Of a stretch of 64,000 nucleotides of DNA, positions 1-9,172 are shown one piece after another (position 1 is the stretch's first letter; each line of letters begins with the position of its first letter). The DNA comes from Sulfurovum sp. (GTDB lineage Bacteria; Campylobacterota; Campylobacteria; Campylobacterales; Sulfurovaceae): contig JALWTA010000010.1 in the NCBI GenBank assembly GCA_027082955.1, forward strand, positions 9,712 to 73,711. The letters run 5' to 3'. The translations under genes were made by a program, and so were the position numbers. The notes under the pieces were generated by a model. That model was not told the DNA's origin, ran no database searches, and worked only from the letters and a program-made list of their open reading frames with translations.

Positions 1-59
1 TCGATCATTAAGTCACCGATTACAAGAATACGGGGAGTATGGGATTTGAGTGTGATCAT
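1..59 (-). CDS. hldE: HldE (RfaE) heptose 7-phosphate kinase / heptose 1-phosphate adenylyltransferase, N-terminal fragment cut by the window edge
   Basis: Too short for the ORF track. A minus-strand ATG at 59-57 overlaps the hldD stop (TAATG). My hand translation is MITLKSHTPRILVIGDLMID, which matches the conserved ILVIGDxMxD start of the HldE kinase domain. The context is hldD-gmhB. Confidence 0.55.
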   Translation of the reverse strand, partial: MITLKSHTPRILVIGDLMI

Positions 60-1072
60 TAGACGGACTTAACCTCTTCTTCATAGAGGCGGATAATCTC
101 TGGAAGATAGTCGCGGATACCCTCTTCAAGTTCCCACTCCGGTTCATAACCCAGGGCTTCTTTTGTTGTAGATACCTCTGCCTGTGTATGCATTTGATAT
201 CCGGTATAGGGATTGGGGAAATATTCGGTTCCGTAATCGGTGCCAAGTTCTTTCTGCAGGATATCCGCAATATCCTGAAAACTTCTCGGTTTGCCTGTGC
301 CTACGTTAAAGACACCGTTGTGTTTGGCATCACACGCTTTGATGTTCGCCTGAATGACATCTTTGATATAGACAAAATCCCGTACGATCTTGTCACTTCC
401 TTCAAAGAGGCGTGGTGCCTTGCCTGAGAGGATCTGATGCCCGAACTGAATGACTGTCGAAGCAGTTTTGTCTTTGAAGAACTCACGTGCACCGTAGACG
501 TTAAAATATTTTAGCCCAACTATACGCATATCGGGATATTCTCGCATATATCGATAGGCAATCTGATCCATCGCATATTTACTGAAACCGTACGGATTTT
601 CAGGAGCCTCTTTGCCTACGGTCTGGGGAGAGGAAAGTGATCCGTAGGTTGCGGCAGATGAAGCGTATATGAGTGCAGCACCGCTTTTTTTAGCCATCTC
701 CAAAATAGGATAAAAACTGTTGACATTGGTACGCATAATGGTTTCCTGATCATATACCCGCGTATCGGAGATAGCCGCTTCATGAAAAATATAGTCAAAG
801 CGGTATGTTTCCCCAAGTGCTTTGAGGGAGGATATATCATTCAGGTCTCCGCATACGATATCACCGTGAAAACCGATAAGGTTTTTGTAATGCCCGAAGC
901 TGACAAGGTTGCCGTTTGAAAAGGTTTGTTCACTGCGGAACTTGTCAAAGACAACCACTGTGCTTTTAGGGAAATGCTCTTGAAAGTAAAATGCAAGATT
1001 GGAGCCTATAAATCCTGCACCACCGGTAATAAGTATGGTTTTGTTGTTAAAATCAATAGCGTTGTATCGCAT
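59..1072 (-). CDS. hldD: ADP-L-glycero-D-manno-heptose 6-epimerase
   Basis: 337 aa. It has the Rossmann motif GGAGFIGSN plus YASSAATYG, YFNVYGxRE, LFEGSxxxxRDFVY and NVGTGxxxSFQ blocks, as in E. coli HldD. It is flanked by gmhB and hldE. Confidence 0.85.
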   Translation of the reverse strand: MRYNAIDFNNKTILITGGAGFIGSNLAFYFQEHFPKSTVVVFDKFRSEQTFSNGNLVSFGHYKNLIGFHGDIVCGDLNDISSLKALGETYRFDYIFHEAAISDTRVYDQETIMRTNVNSFYPILEMAKKSGAALIYASSAATYGSLSSPQTVGKEAPENPYGFSKYAMDQIAYRYMREYPDMRIVGLKYFNVYGAREFFKDKTASTVIQFGHQILSGKAPRLFEGSDKIVRDFVYIKDVIQANIKACDAKHNGVFNVGTGKPRSFQDIADILQKELGTDYGTEYFPNPYTGYQMHTQAEVSTTKEALGYEPEWELEEGIRDYLPEIIRLYEEEVKSV

Positions 1073-1089
1073 AGTCTGCCTTCGATAAA

Positions 1090-1611
1090 TTAGGAATCAA
1101 TTATATCCATTGCCTCTTTAATCGTACCTAATACATAGCTGGCTTTGGATGTGATTTTTTCCTTTGTATTTGGAGCTGCCAACCGAATGGTCTGTGTAAT
1201 ACCGGCAGCATTGGCAGCTTCGATGTCACTCTCCTTGTCACCGATCATCCATGAATTTTTGAGATCGATATGGTGTTCTTTGTGTGCCTGAAGGAACATT
1301 CCCGGTAGTGGTTTTCGACAATCACACCCTGTATCAGGGGCATGAGGACAATGATAGACTGCATGGATATGTATATGCGCTTCTTGAAACTTTTCTAGCA
1401 TCCATGCCGTGAGTTTTTCAAAATCCGATTCTGTGTAATATCCACGTCCGATACCGGATTGGTTAGTGACAATAACAAGCAGATATCCTAGTGACTGGAA
1501 GTGTTGGCATGCCTCAAGGACATTGTCCAAAAATTCAAAATCCTCGATTTTGTACAGGTATGATTTGTCTATATTTACTACCCCGTCTCTATCCAGAAAG
1601 ACTGCTTTCAT
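1090..1611 (-). CDS. gmhB: D-glycero-D-manno-heptose 1,7-bisphosphate phosphatase (HAD family)
   Basis: 173 aa. HAD motif I is FLDRDGVVN. TNQSGIGRGY is present, as is the Zn-binding loop HCPHAPDTGCDCRKP and GDKESD. Confidence 0.9.
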   Translation of the reverse strand: MKAVFLDRDGVVNIDKSYLYKIEDFEFLDNVLEACQHFQSLGYLLVIVTNQSGIGRGYYTESDFEKLTAWMLEKFQEAHIHIHAVYHCPHAPDTGCDCRKPLPGMFLQAHKEHHIDLKNSWMIGDKESDIEAANAAGITQTIRLAAPNTKEKITSKASYVLGTIKEAMDIIDS

Positions 1612-1727
1612 TATCTACTCCCATTCTGTTATGAAAGTATAGCATATGGGCACCTCGAATAAGCCTAGAGACCATATAAGGTTCAAATGTTAAAATTGTA
1701 GCTCTGATATTTTAAAGGCTGTTATGG

Positions 1728-3434
1728 ATGAAAAAACTCTTTTTTTATTTTCTCCCTTATCTTTCCGAGTACAAACGGGAATTTTTCTTGGCTTTTCTCG
1801 GTATGGTTTCCGTAGCAGTTGGTACCGCTGGTTCAGCGCATTTGCTAAAACCGGTACTTGATGAGGTGTTTATTGCCAAAGACAGGGATATGCTTCGATT
1901 GATTCCTTTTGCTATTATTGGGGTTTTCTTTCTCAAATCTGCGGGTAAATATGTACAGACCTATTATACGATTTATATCGGCAACGATATTGTCAGAAAG
2001 ATACGCAACACGCTTTCGGAACATCTCATGTATCAGGATATGGCATATTTGAATCGGATGCGCAACGGTGAACTGCTTAGCCGTACGACAAATGATATTG
2101 CTCGTATCCAAAATGTCGTTTCATCGCTTCTTCCCAATACAATGATTAATGCGATGTTGATTGTTACATTGACCGGTTATGTGATATGGCAGAGTCCCAA
2201 GTTGGCATTTTATTTTTTAGTGGTCATGCCGTTAGCACTGCTGCCGCTGCAGATTTTGGCAAAGCGTATGAAAAAGTATTCGATACGATCACAGGAAAGC
2301 AATGCAGATTTAACGGCACGGCTGACAGAAATCTTCAACAATATTGAAATTATAAAGTCAAACTCCTCACAGCAGTATGAACAGAAAAAGTTTACGGATG
2401 AAAATATGAATTTTTTCAGACTTTCCATGAAGCAGAGCAAAACCAATGCCATGGTCAGTCCTGTATTAGAGTTTTTTGGTTCTATCGCCATTGCTGTTGC
2501 CATTTACATCGGCGCAAATGAAGTGATTGACGGGCAAATGACAGTAGGGAGCTTCTTTGCCTTCGTCACGGCCCTTTTTATGCTGTATGATCCAATCAAA
2601 AAACTCTCCAGTGTTCACAATCAGATGCAGGATGCGCTTGCCGCAACGGAGAGGATAGAAGAACTCTTTGCCCAAAAGCCTGTGATTGTCTCTGGGGCAA
2701 AAGTGCTGGATCATGTCGAAGCTATCAAGTTTGATGATGTATCACTCAGTTATGGCGATAAAACAGCACTTTCTCACATCAATATCGAAGCGCATAAAGG
2801 AAAAGTATATGCACTTGTAGGTGACAGCGGTGCAGGCAAGAGCAGTTTGGTCAACCTGTTGGTACGTTTTTACGATGCAACTTCAGGTACTATCTATGTC
2901 AATGAGCATGATATCCGGGATTACACATTGCCGTCACTGCACCGAAAGATCGCTTTTGTTACACAGCGTATTTTTATTTTTCAAGATACAATCGCCAAAA
3001 ATGTTGCCTATGGGGAGCAGGTTGATGCCAAAAAGGTGGAAATAGCATTGAAAAAGGCACATGCCTGGGAGTTCGTCTCTAAACTGCCTGAAGGAATAGA
3101 AACACCGCTTGATGAGTTCGGAGTCAATTTGAGCGGCGGACAGCGTCAGCGTATTGCTTTGGCAAGAGCACTTTACAAAGAACCTGATGTGCTCATTTTG
3201 GATGAAGCGACTTCAGCTCTTGACAATAAGAGTGAACAGGCTATTCAGAATGCATTGGAAGGGCTGAAATGCGATATGATCACCTTCATCGTCGCTCACC
3301 GTCTCAGTACCATAGAACATGCCGATGAGATACTGGTATTTCAAGAAGGTACCATAGAAAGCCGAGGCACCTACACTGAACTTTTAGAGACCTCCAAAGC
3401 CTTCCAAAAACTTGCAAAAAAGAAGCAGAATTAG
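1728..3434 (+). CDS. msbA: ABC exporter, fused permease/ATPase, MsbA-like lipid A / glycolipid flippase
   Basis: 568 aa. An N-terminal 6-TM domain is followed by an NBD with Walker A GDSGAGKSS, signature LSGGQRQRIALARAL and Walker B LILDEATSALD. It sits next to LPS-core genes. The substrate cannot be proven from sequence. Confidence 0.65.
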   Translation: MKKLFFYFLPYLSEYKREFFLAFLGMVSVAVGTAGSAHLLKPVLDEVFIAKDRDMLRLIPFAIIGVFFLKSAGKYVQTYYTIYIGNDIVRKIRNTLSEHLMYQDMAYLNRMRNGELLSRTTNDIARIQNVVSSLLPNTMINAMLIVTLTGYVIWQSPKLAFYFLVVMPLALLPLQILAKRMKKYSIRSQESNADLTARLTEIFNNIEIIKSNSSQQYEQKKFTDENMNFFRLSMKQSKTNAMVSPVLEFFGSIAIAVAIYIGANEVIDGQMTVGSFFAFVTALFMLYDPIKKLSSVHNQMQDALAATERIEELFAQKPVIVSGAKVLDHVEAIKFDDVSLSYGDKTALSHINIEAHKGKVYALVGDSGAGKSSLVNLLVRFYDATSGTIYVNEHDIRDYTLPSLHRKIAFVTQRIFIFQDTIAKNVAYGEQVDAKKVEIALKKAHAWEFVSKLPEGIETPLDEFGVNLSGGQRQRIALARALYKEPDVLILDEATSALDNKSEQAIQNALEGLKCDMITFIVAHRLSTIEHADEILVFQEGTIESRGTYTELLETSKAFQKLAKKKQN

Positions 3435-3469
3435 GTTACAGGAGAGGAATATGGAAAATCCAATTTCTA

Positions 3470-4786
3470 CTAGTACGCCCCATCTCGCTTCAATACAACT
3501 TTGATTGTTTTTATGAGGATGACAATATCCAGCCAAAGTGACCAGTTGGAGACATACCATTTATCTGTTTTGACGCGGTAGTCATAGTCGGTATCACTGC
3601 GTCCACTTACCTGCCAAAGACCTGTAATCCCGGGTTTGACCATGAAATAGTATTCGGCGTCTTCTTTATAATAACGGTCTATCTCTTCCTGAATGACAGG
3701 ACGTGGACCGACAAAGTGCATTTCCCCTTTCAGAACATTGAAGATTTGTGGCAGTTCATCAAGTGATGTTTTGCGTAGGAAAGCTCCGATTTTGGTAACC
3801 CTTGGATCACGTTTAAGTTTATACGAACTCTCCCATTCCGCTTTTGCTTCAGGATCTTCTTTTAGAAGTTGGTCAAGCCGTTCTTTTGCATCGGCATACA
3901 TACTGCGAAATTTATAGGTAGGAATGACTTTACCGCCCTGACCGATGCGGTTATGGGTAAAAAAGATCGGACCCTTGGATTCTGTTTTGATCAGCAAAGC
4001 AAAGATACCGATGGCTGGGAGTACCAAAGGAAGCATAAAAAGGGCAAGAAGATAGTTATAGGTTTGTTGAAAAATCTTTCTGTAGGTACTTTTTAAACGG
4101 TTCTGATAGACAATAAGGTTGGTGCGAGTATTGAAGAGTTCATAAATATGAGAATGAGTTAGATCGTAGTCGTCCATCAACGGTACAAAGATGACTTCAT
4201 GTTTTTGTTTAATCTGACAGGAGAGTACAGTTTTGAGTGCTTGTGGATTACTTCCCTGTGAATTGACAAAGATCGTTGCAGGCTCTTCCCCTTTTTTGGG
4301 ACGTACATATCCTAGATAGGGATTACCGTATATTTCATCGGTAAGAAAAGGGTCATTGCCGTAAATAGCTGCTTTTTTACGCCAAAGCCCCAGTTTGAAA
4401 AGCAGTTTTTTGGTTATGTTTTTGGCAATCGGTATAAACATAACCATGAAAATAAAAGTGAATCCAATGACAAGTCTGGAGTAGTCTTCTATGGACTTTG
4501 TCATCGCAAGATATGCGAAAACAAGTATTGCCGAAAAGGTGATCGCTTTGAATATCAATCGTATTTCATGCCAAAAATCATACCGGTAGGTGTAGATCCC
4601 TTCATAGGCAAGCAGTACAATGGGAATGATATAAATTGGATAAAAGTGCAAATAGGTACTGCATGGAATGGTATGAAGGTATTCGACAGGGATGATGTCT
4701 CTGAGTACATAGGCTGCGAAAAGGGAGAGGAAGATCATTGTCGCATCCAGCAGAATAAAAATGATCTTTGCGACAATATCTTTCAC
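3470..4786 (-). CDS. Polyprenyl-phosphate hexose-1-phosphate transferase, WbaP-like large phosphoglycosyltransferase
   Basis: 438 aa. N-terminal TM helices are followed by a C-terminal bacterial sugar transferase domain with KFRSM, DELPQ, GPRP and GITGLWQVSGRS. Confidence 0.85.
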   Translation of the reverse strand: MKDIVAKIIFILLDATMIFLSLFAAYVLRDIIPVEYLHTIPCSTYLHFYPIYIIPIVLLAYEGIYTYRYDFWHEIRLIFKAITFSAILVFAYLAMTKSIEDYSRLVIGFTFIFMVMFIPIAKNITKKLLFKLGLWRKKAAIYGNDPFLTDEIYGNPYLGYVRPKKGEEPATIFVNSQGSNPQALKTVLSCQIKQKHEVIFVPLMDDYDLTHSHIYELFNTRTNLIVYQNRLKSTYRKIFQQTYNYLLALFMLPLVLPAIGIFALLIKTESKGPIFFTHNRIGQGGKVIPTYKFRSMYADAKERLDQLLKEDPEAKAEWESSYKLKRDPRVTKIGAFLRKTSLDELPQIFNVLKGEMHFVGPRPVIQEEIDRYYKEDAEYYFMVKPGITGLWQVSGRSDTDYDYRVKTDKWYVSNWSLWLDIVILIKTIKVVLKRDGAY

Positions 4787-4832
4787 TCAAAACTCCAATC
4801 CATTGTTTCACCCAAAAGGGTGTATCTGCGTA

Positions 4833-4838
4833 ATTATA
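4833..4838 (-). promoter_or_regulatory. Candidate -10 box (TATAAT on the minus strand) for the WbaP-like gene
   Basis: Plus-strand attata equals minus-strand TATAAT. It lies 46 nt upstream of the ATG at 4786 in a 115-nt intergenic gap. No experimental support. Confidence 0.3.
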
Positions 4839-4901
4839 GAGCAGGTTGCATTTAAAAATCTATAAAATAGTACAGTTTCGCGATGGAAATGCTGCCACTG
4901 T

Positions 4902-5183
4902 TTATTTTCGGATAATTTGCGCCTCGCCTGCAATAAGGGTAACAGTGGATTCGTTATGTCCGTCGGTATGGCTAATGGTGATCTCTGCATTGTCAGTAGT
5001 CTTCACAACTTTGTCACCCGGATAGACCGTATAGGATTGATTTGGCTGCATATCGATCTGCGATGGTCCCAAGGAGCCAAGGGAGGAAGAACCGCTTCCG
5101 TCTGCAGATGTTCCTCCACCGCCACCACCGCATCCCTGCAGAAGCAGCAGTGCTGTTGTTGTGATTACCAAATAACGTATCAT
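4902..5183 (-). CDS. Small Gly/Ser-rich lipoprotein, function unknown
   Basis: 93 aa. The signal peptide ends in the lipobox-like LLQGC, followed by GGGGGGTSADGSGSSS. It starts 13 nt after the upstream SGNH gene, so it is probably co-transcribed. Confidence 0.5.
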   Translation of the reverse strand: MIRYLVITTTALLLLQGCGGGGGGTSADGSGSSSLGSLGPSQIDMQPNQSYTVYPGDKVVKTTDNAEITISHTDGHNESTVTLIAGEAQIIRK

Positions 5184-5195
5184 GCTTGTTCCTTT

Positions 5196-6062
5196 CTAAA
5201 ACTGGATACCGGTATCGGGTATCTCTGTGGTAAACGTGACGCTGCCGGCTGTATCGTCATAGCTTACATCGATAATGTATTGCCGTGCAACTAGTGATGT
5301 CGGGAAGGCACGAAGATTATCGTTAAAGGTGCTGTTTTGCATAATGGCATTGAACCACACATTTGCTATTTTATAGTATCCGTTATCATTAGGATGTGTA
5401 TTGTCTGCGTAATCGGAGGAGGTGAGTCCTGCATCATTATACATATCGACAATCACAATGTCATCCCCCTGGGCAATACGCTGCTGAAGCATATCGTTGA
5501 GGCGTCGGTTAAAGATAGGAATCCTTCCGTCAGGTTCTTTTCTGTCAATGATGAGTGCGACAAATACTTTGACATGTTTTGAATAGGTGACCTCATACTG
5601 GTCAATAGCATTTAAAATATCGGCTACACCCTGCGGGTTAGTGGTTGTTCGGTCATTGGTCCCTATGTGGAGCAGAACCATATCGGGTTGGCTGTTGACC
5701 ATGTAGTCGTAGGCATGTTCTGCAATGTCATATGTAGTCCAGCCCGGATGTCCCTCATTTTCCGGATCGAATGGCGGTGTGATATCTTGACCTGCAATCT
5801 GTGAGCCGACGAAATCGGCTGCAAATCCGGCATCCTGCAGTTTATACCAGAGATAATTCCGGTATCCGCTTCGCTGCCCAGCAGGACGTGGATGGTCGGA
5901 GTCGGCATAGGTGTCATCATAGGTAATGGAATCACCAAGCGGCATAATACGTACAACAGCATGTGCCGCTGCGGAAAGAAAAGCTAAAATCAAAAATATT
6001 TTTAAATAACGGAGACCTGACATACTGAAAAGCAACCTTTTTAATTTTAAATATAAGTGCAT
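5196..6062 (-). CDS. Secreted SGNH/GDSL-family hydrolase (candidate O-acetyl esterase)
   Basis: 288 aa with a signal-peptide-like N-terminus. The true start may be the internal Met at about 6023. SGNH blocks are GDSIT (I), GTND (III) and DNTHPND (V, DxxH). Confidence 0.75.
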   Translation of the reverse strand: MHLYLKLKRLLFSMSGLRYLKIFLILAFLSAAAHAVVRIMPLGDSITYDDTYADSDHPRPAGQRSGYRNYLWYKLQDAGFAADFVGSQIAGQDITPPFDPENEGHPGWTTYDIAEHAYDYMVNSQPDMVLLHIGTNDRTTTNPQGVADILNAIDQYEVTYSKHVKVFVALIIDRKEPDGRIPIFNRRLNDMLQQRIAQGDDIVIVDMYNDAGLTSSDYADNTHPNDNGYYKIANVWFNAIMQNSTFNDNLRAFPTSLVARQYIIDVSYDDTAGSVTFTTEIPDTGIQF

Positions 6063-6125
6063 AGAATAATATAGAAACCTTACTAAATTCCCCCTTATCC
6101 TAACCCTGTATTAAAAAAAAATGAC

Positions 6126-6131
6126 TATAAT
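6126..6131 (+). promoter_or_regulatory. Candidate -10 box TATAAT for MBOAT copy 1, preceded by an A9 tract
   Basis: A consensus TATAAT lies 26 nt upstream of the TTG start at 6158. An A9 run (6113-6121) lies immediately upstream. This is the only intergenic gap feeding the plus-strand block from 6158 to 14189. Confidence 0.4.
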
Positions 6132-6152
6132 TGCCTAAAAATAAACGGGATA

Positions 6153-7342
6153 CGCCCTTGCTGTTCAACTCCTACGCATTCATTTTTTTCTTTCTGCCGG
6201 TAGTTTTTGCTGTTTATTTTTATCTTAACCAGAGACGGCTGACAGAGGCAGGCAAAGCCTTTTTGGTCGTAGCGTCTCTTTTTTTCTACGCCTGGTGGAA
6301 TGTAAGCTACCTGCCGCTGATACTGGTGTCGATGGTGGTCAACTATGCAATAGGAAGAGAACTGGCACGGCACCAAAAGAACAGAAGAAGCTACTCTCCC
6401 AAAAAACTGCTTGCCGCAGGTGTCGTGTTCAACCTTGGACTGCTGGGATACTACAAATATATGGATTTTTTCCTCGAGAACGTCAACCGCATATTCCATA
6501 GCCATATCCCTCTGCTGCACCTGGCACTGCCGCTTGCGATCAGCTTCTATACCTTCCAGCAGATCTCCTACCTCGTAGACAGTTACAGAGAAGAGACCAA
6601 AGAGTATGACTTTCTTAACTATGCACTCTTTGTGACCTTCTTCCCCCAACTGATCGCAGGGCCTATTGTTCACCATGCAGAGATGATGCCGCAGTTTGCC
6701 AAGACAAGGAACAAAGTAAAGCACTATTACAATATCGCTCTGGGGCTCTTTGTCTTTTCTATGGGGCTGTTCAAAAAAGTGATCATTGCAGATACATTTG
6801 CACAGTGGGCGACCCAGGGGTTCGATGTGTCAAAAGAGCTTAATATGCTCGAAGGATGGGTCACTTCACTCTCCTATACCTTCCAGCTCTACTTTGACTT
6901 CAGCGGCTATACCGATATGGCGATCGGTGCCGCACTGCTGTTCAATATCAAACTGCCGATCAACTTCTTCTCTCCCTACAAGGCAGTCAGTATTCAGGAT
7001 TTCTGGAGGAGATGGCATATTACCCTTTCACGCTTTTTGAAAGATTACCTCTATATTCCGCTTGGCGGGAACAGAAAAGGCAAAATGCGTACCTATATAA
7101 ACCTCTTTGTCACCTTTTTGCTCGGGGGTATCTGGCATGGGGCAGGATGGACTTTTGTCTTTTGGGGCACACTGCACGGCGCGGCACTGGTGATACACCG
7201 TTTCTGGCAGCAGATGGGTATGAAGATGCCTAAGATCCTTGGATGGTTCATTACTTTTAACTTTATCAATATCGCATGGGTCTTTTTCCGGGCAAACAGC
7301 TTTCATGATGCCTTGAAGGTCTTGAAGGGAATGTTCTTGGGT
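6153..7342 (+). repeat. Direct repeat copy 1 (1,190 bp), identical to 11191-12380
   Basis: I compared the two stretches base by base and found no mismatch. All sense and antisense ORFs inside the two copies are identical in the supplied track. Confidence 0.9.
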
Positions 7343-7612
7343 ACGTTTGTCTACCCGGCGGGACTGCCTTTTGCAGACATGGTCAAGCATTGGGGCGCTA
7401 TTGTAGGGAAGTGGAGCTATCCGTTCCTGAAAGAACCGATGATAGGTTATTGGCTTCTTGCCGGTCTGGTTGTCGTACTCTTTTTCCCCAACTCAATGCA
7501 ACTCAAAGAACGCTTCAAAACGAACAGCTGGTACCTGATGTTAACGGTACTCTTTTTCCTTTCGGTCTTTTTTCTGTACAGAAAGAGCGAATTTATCTAT
7601 TTTAACTTTTAA
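6158..7612 (+). CDS. MBOAT-family membrane O-acyltransferase (AlgI/DltB/PatA-like), copy 1
   Basis: I chose TTG 6158, which gives MLFNSYAFIFFFLP. That is the typical family start and equals the start of copy 2. The ORF track extends to TTG 6131. The protein is polytopic, with the MBOAT His in GGIWHGAGW and a C-terminal SEFIYFNF. Confidence 0.85.
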   Translation: MLFNSYAFIFFFLPVVFAVYFYLNQRRLTEAGKAFLVVASLFFYAWWNVSYLPLILVSMVVNYAIGRELARHQKNRRSYSPKKLLAAGVVFNLGLLGYYKYMDFFLENVNRIFHSHIPLLHLALPLAISFYTFQQISYLVDSYREETKEYDFLNYALFVTFFPQLIAGPIVHHAEMMPQFAKTRNKVKHYYNIALGLFVFSMGLFKKVIIADTFAQWATQGFDVSKELNMLEGWVTSLSYTFQLYFDFSGYTDMAIGAALLFNIKLPINFFSPYKAVSIQDFWRRWHITLSRFLKDYLYIPLGGNRKGKMRTYINLFVTFLLGGIWHGAGWTFVFWGTLHGAALVIHRFWQQMGMKMPKILGWFITFNFINIAWVFFRANSFHDALKVLKGMFLGTFVYPAGLPFADMVKHWGAIVGKWSYPFLKEPMIGYWLLAGLVVVLFFPNSMQLKERFKTNSWYLMLTVLFFLSVFFLYRKSEFIYFNF

Positions 7613-7623
7613 GGAGACGTAGC

Positions 7624-8589
7624 GTGACACCTAAAACATACCTCAAACGTCTCTTTGGCGCTTTGGCACTTATCTTCTTTGTTGCTGTTGGATATGTTGC
7701 CTATTTTAATACCTATTACCCTGTTCCGATCACAGATCATATCTCATTTGATGCTAAGCTGAAGTTCGCTAGAGAGAAGATAGACCCCGACGGAGTGGAT
7801 ACACTCATTATAGGTTCATCGATCGGTTTGAACGATCTGCTTGGCACCGAACTGGAAAGGCACTCAAAGCATATTCACAAAGCATTGAACTTTTCTGTTT
7901 ATGGTGCGACCACCCTTCAGGCGGAACAGATTATGGCGCTTATGGATGCCTTTCCTCATTTGAAACGGATCATCTACTCCGTACAGTACTCGGATATGCC
8001 GCACCTATGGAAGTTTAAAGACTATCATCCCAAAACATTGGTAAAATATATTCGTCATGAGCTGAATCCTTTTGCCTATTTGAAACTGCTCTTTGATGCC
8101 TGCAATAACCTGGAATTCTGTTATGAACGTCAGAAAAAGTGGGTTCCCGACCATATGCGGACCAATACGTTCGAGTCGCTGATCTTTGATCCAAGCGGCA
8201 GTGTACCGCTGCATATTTACGGCAAAGATATTATTTGGCACCGGTGGCATCTGCCTCATCCGGGTATCATGCACAGCGAATCGTTCCGGGCGGTTGGGCG
8301 AATGGCAAAAAAGGCACAAGCGCACGGCATCCGTTTTTATGTTGTACATCAGCCCTATCGGAAACCGCTGTATGACACACATAAATCGGTAAGAGATGCC
8401 ATGGCATATTTTGATGCCAAGGTAAAGGCGGCAATGCAGCCGTATAACGGAAAACTCATCCGCATTCAACCGCTTCATCTGGGCGATGCCTATTTTGCAG
8501 ACCGGACGCACCTCAATGACAAAGGCAGTCCGGTGGTTTCGGCCTATGTTGCTAAACAGATAGACAGACTTGAAGATCAAGACCATTAA
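7624..8589 (+). CDS. Membrane-anchored periplasmic SGNH/DltD/AlgJ-like protein, putative acyl-transfer partner of MBOAT copy 1
   Basis: 321 aa. GTG start 7 nt after AAGGAG. It has one N-terminal TM helix, a candidate nucleophile in LIIGSSIG and a DxxH block (ADRTHLNDKG) near the C-terminus. Its position directly downstream of an MBOAT gene matches the algI-algJ, dltB-dltD and patA-patB arrangement. Confidence 0.5.
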   Translation: MTPKTYLKRLFGALALIFFVAVGYVAYFNTYYPVPITDHISFDAKLKFAREKIDPDGVDTLIIGSSIGLNDLLGTELERHSKHIHKALNFSVYGATTLQAEQIMALMDAFPHLKRIIYSVQYSDMPHLWKFKDYHPKTLVKYIRHELNPFAYLKLLFDACNNLEFCYERQKKWVPDHMRTNTFESLIFDPSGSVPLHIYGKDIIWHRWHLPHPGIMHSESFRAVGRMAKKAQAHGIRFYVVHQPYRKPLYDTHKSVRDAMAYFDAKVKAAMQPYNGKLIRIQPLHLGDAYFADRTHLNDKGSPVVSAYVAKQIDRLEDQDH

Positions 8590-8599
8590 GGAGAGAACT

Positions 8600-9172
8600 A
8601 TGCAATTTACACGAACGAAGATCGAAGATGTGATCATCATTGATCCTGTAGTACATGGAGATGAGAGAGGCTATTTTGTGGAAACGTTCCGTCAGGACAA
8701 ACTGGAAGATTTTCTTGGTTTTAAAGTCAATTTTTGTCAGGACAATGAGTCTAAAAGCAGCAAAGGTGTGTTGAGAGGGCTGCACTATCAGCTGACACCG
8801 GCAGCACAGACGAAACTTGTGCGGGTGATCAAAGGACGCGTTTTGGATGTGGCAGTCGATATTCGAAAGGGCAGTCCGACATTTGGAGAGTATGTTGCAG
8901 TTGAACTCAACGAAGAGAACAAACGGCAGCTTTTTGTACCAAGAGGCTTTGCCCACGGGTTTGTTGTGCTTGAGGATGATACGGTCTTTGCCTATAAAGT
9001 AGATAATTACTATTCTCCGGAAAATGACAAGGGGATCGCTTTTGATGACCCTGCCATAGGCATAGATTGGCAGATAGACAAAGCATTGCTGAAACTTTCG
9101 GACAAAGATACAAAACAGCCGCTTCTAAAAGATGCTGACCTCTTTAGCTATGGAGAGAATCTTTATGCGTAA
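8600..9172 (+). CDS. rfbC: dTDP-4-dehydrorhamnose 3,5-epimerase
   Basis: The ATG at 8600 gives MQFTRTKIEDVIIIDPVVHGDERGYFVETF. Cupin motifs RGLHYQ, KLVRVxxGxVxDVAVDxR and VPxGFAHGF are present. The ORF-track start at 8570 is probably a spurious extension. Confidence 0.9.
   Translation: MQFTRTKIEDVIIIDPVVHGDERGYFVETFRQDKLEDFLGFKVNFCQDNESKSSKGVLRGLHYQLTPAAQTKLVRVIKGRVLDVAVDIRKGSPTFGEYVAVELNEENKRQLFVPRGFAHGFVVLEDDTVFAYKVDNYYSPENDKGIAFDDPAIGIDWQIDKALLKLSDKDTKQPLLKDADLFSYGENLYA

Noticed and set aside
5113-5132. GGT/GGC/GGA codon run (cctccaccgccaccaccgca) as a simple-sequence repeat
   Set aside because: It is an imperfect mix of Gly codons encoding the Gly6 linker of the small lipoprotein. It is not a pure tandem repeat likely to slip.
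6125-6724. A 199-aa minus-strand ORF and its longer twin at 10914-11762 (282 aa), with identical sequences
   Set aside because: Both are antisense to the MBOAT genes and lie inside the perfect repeat, which explains their identity. They have no recognisable motifs, a Cys/His/Gln-rich composition that looks odd for a real protein, and no RBS context. I treat them as shadow ORFs of the sense genes.
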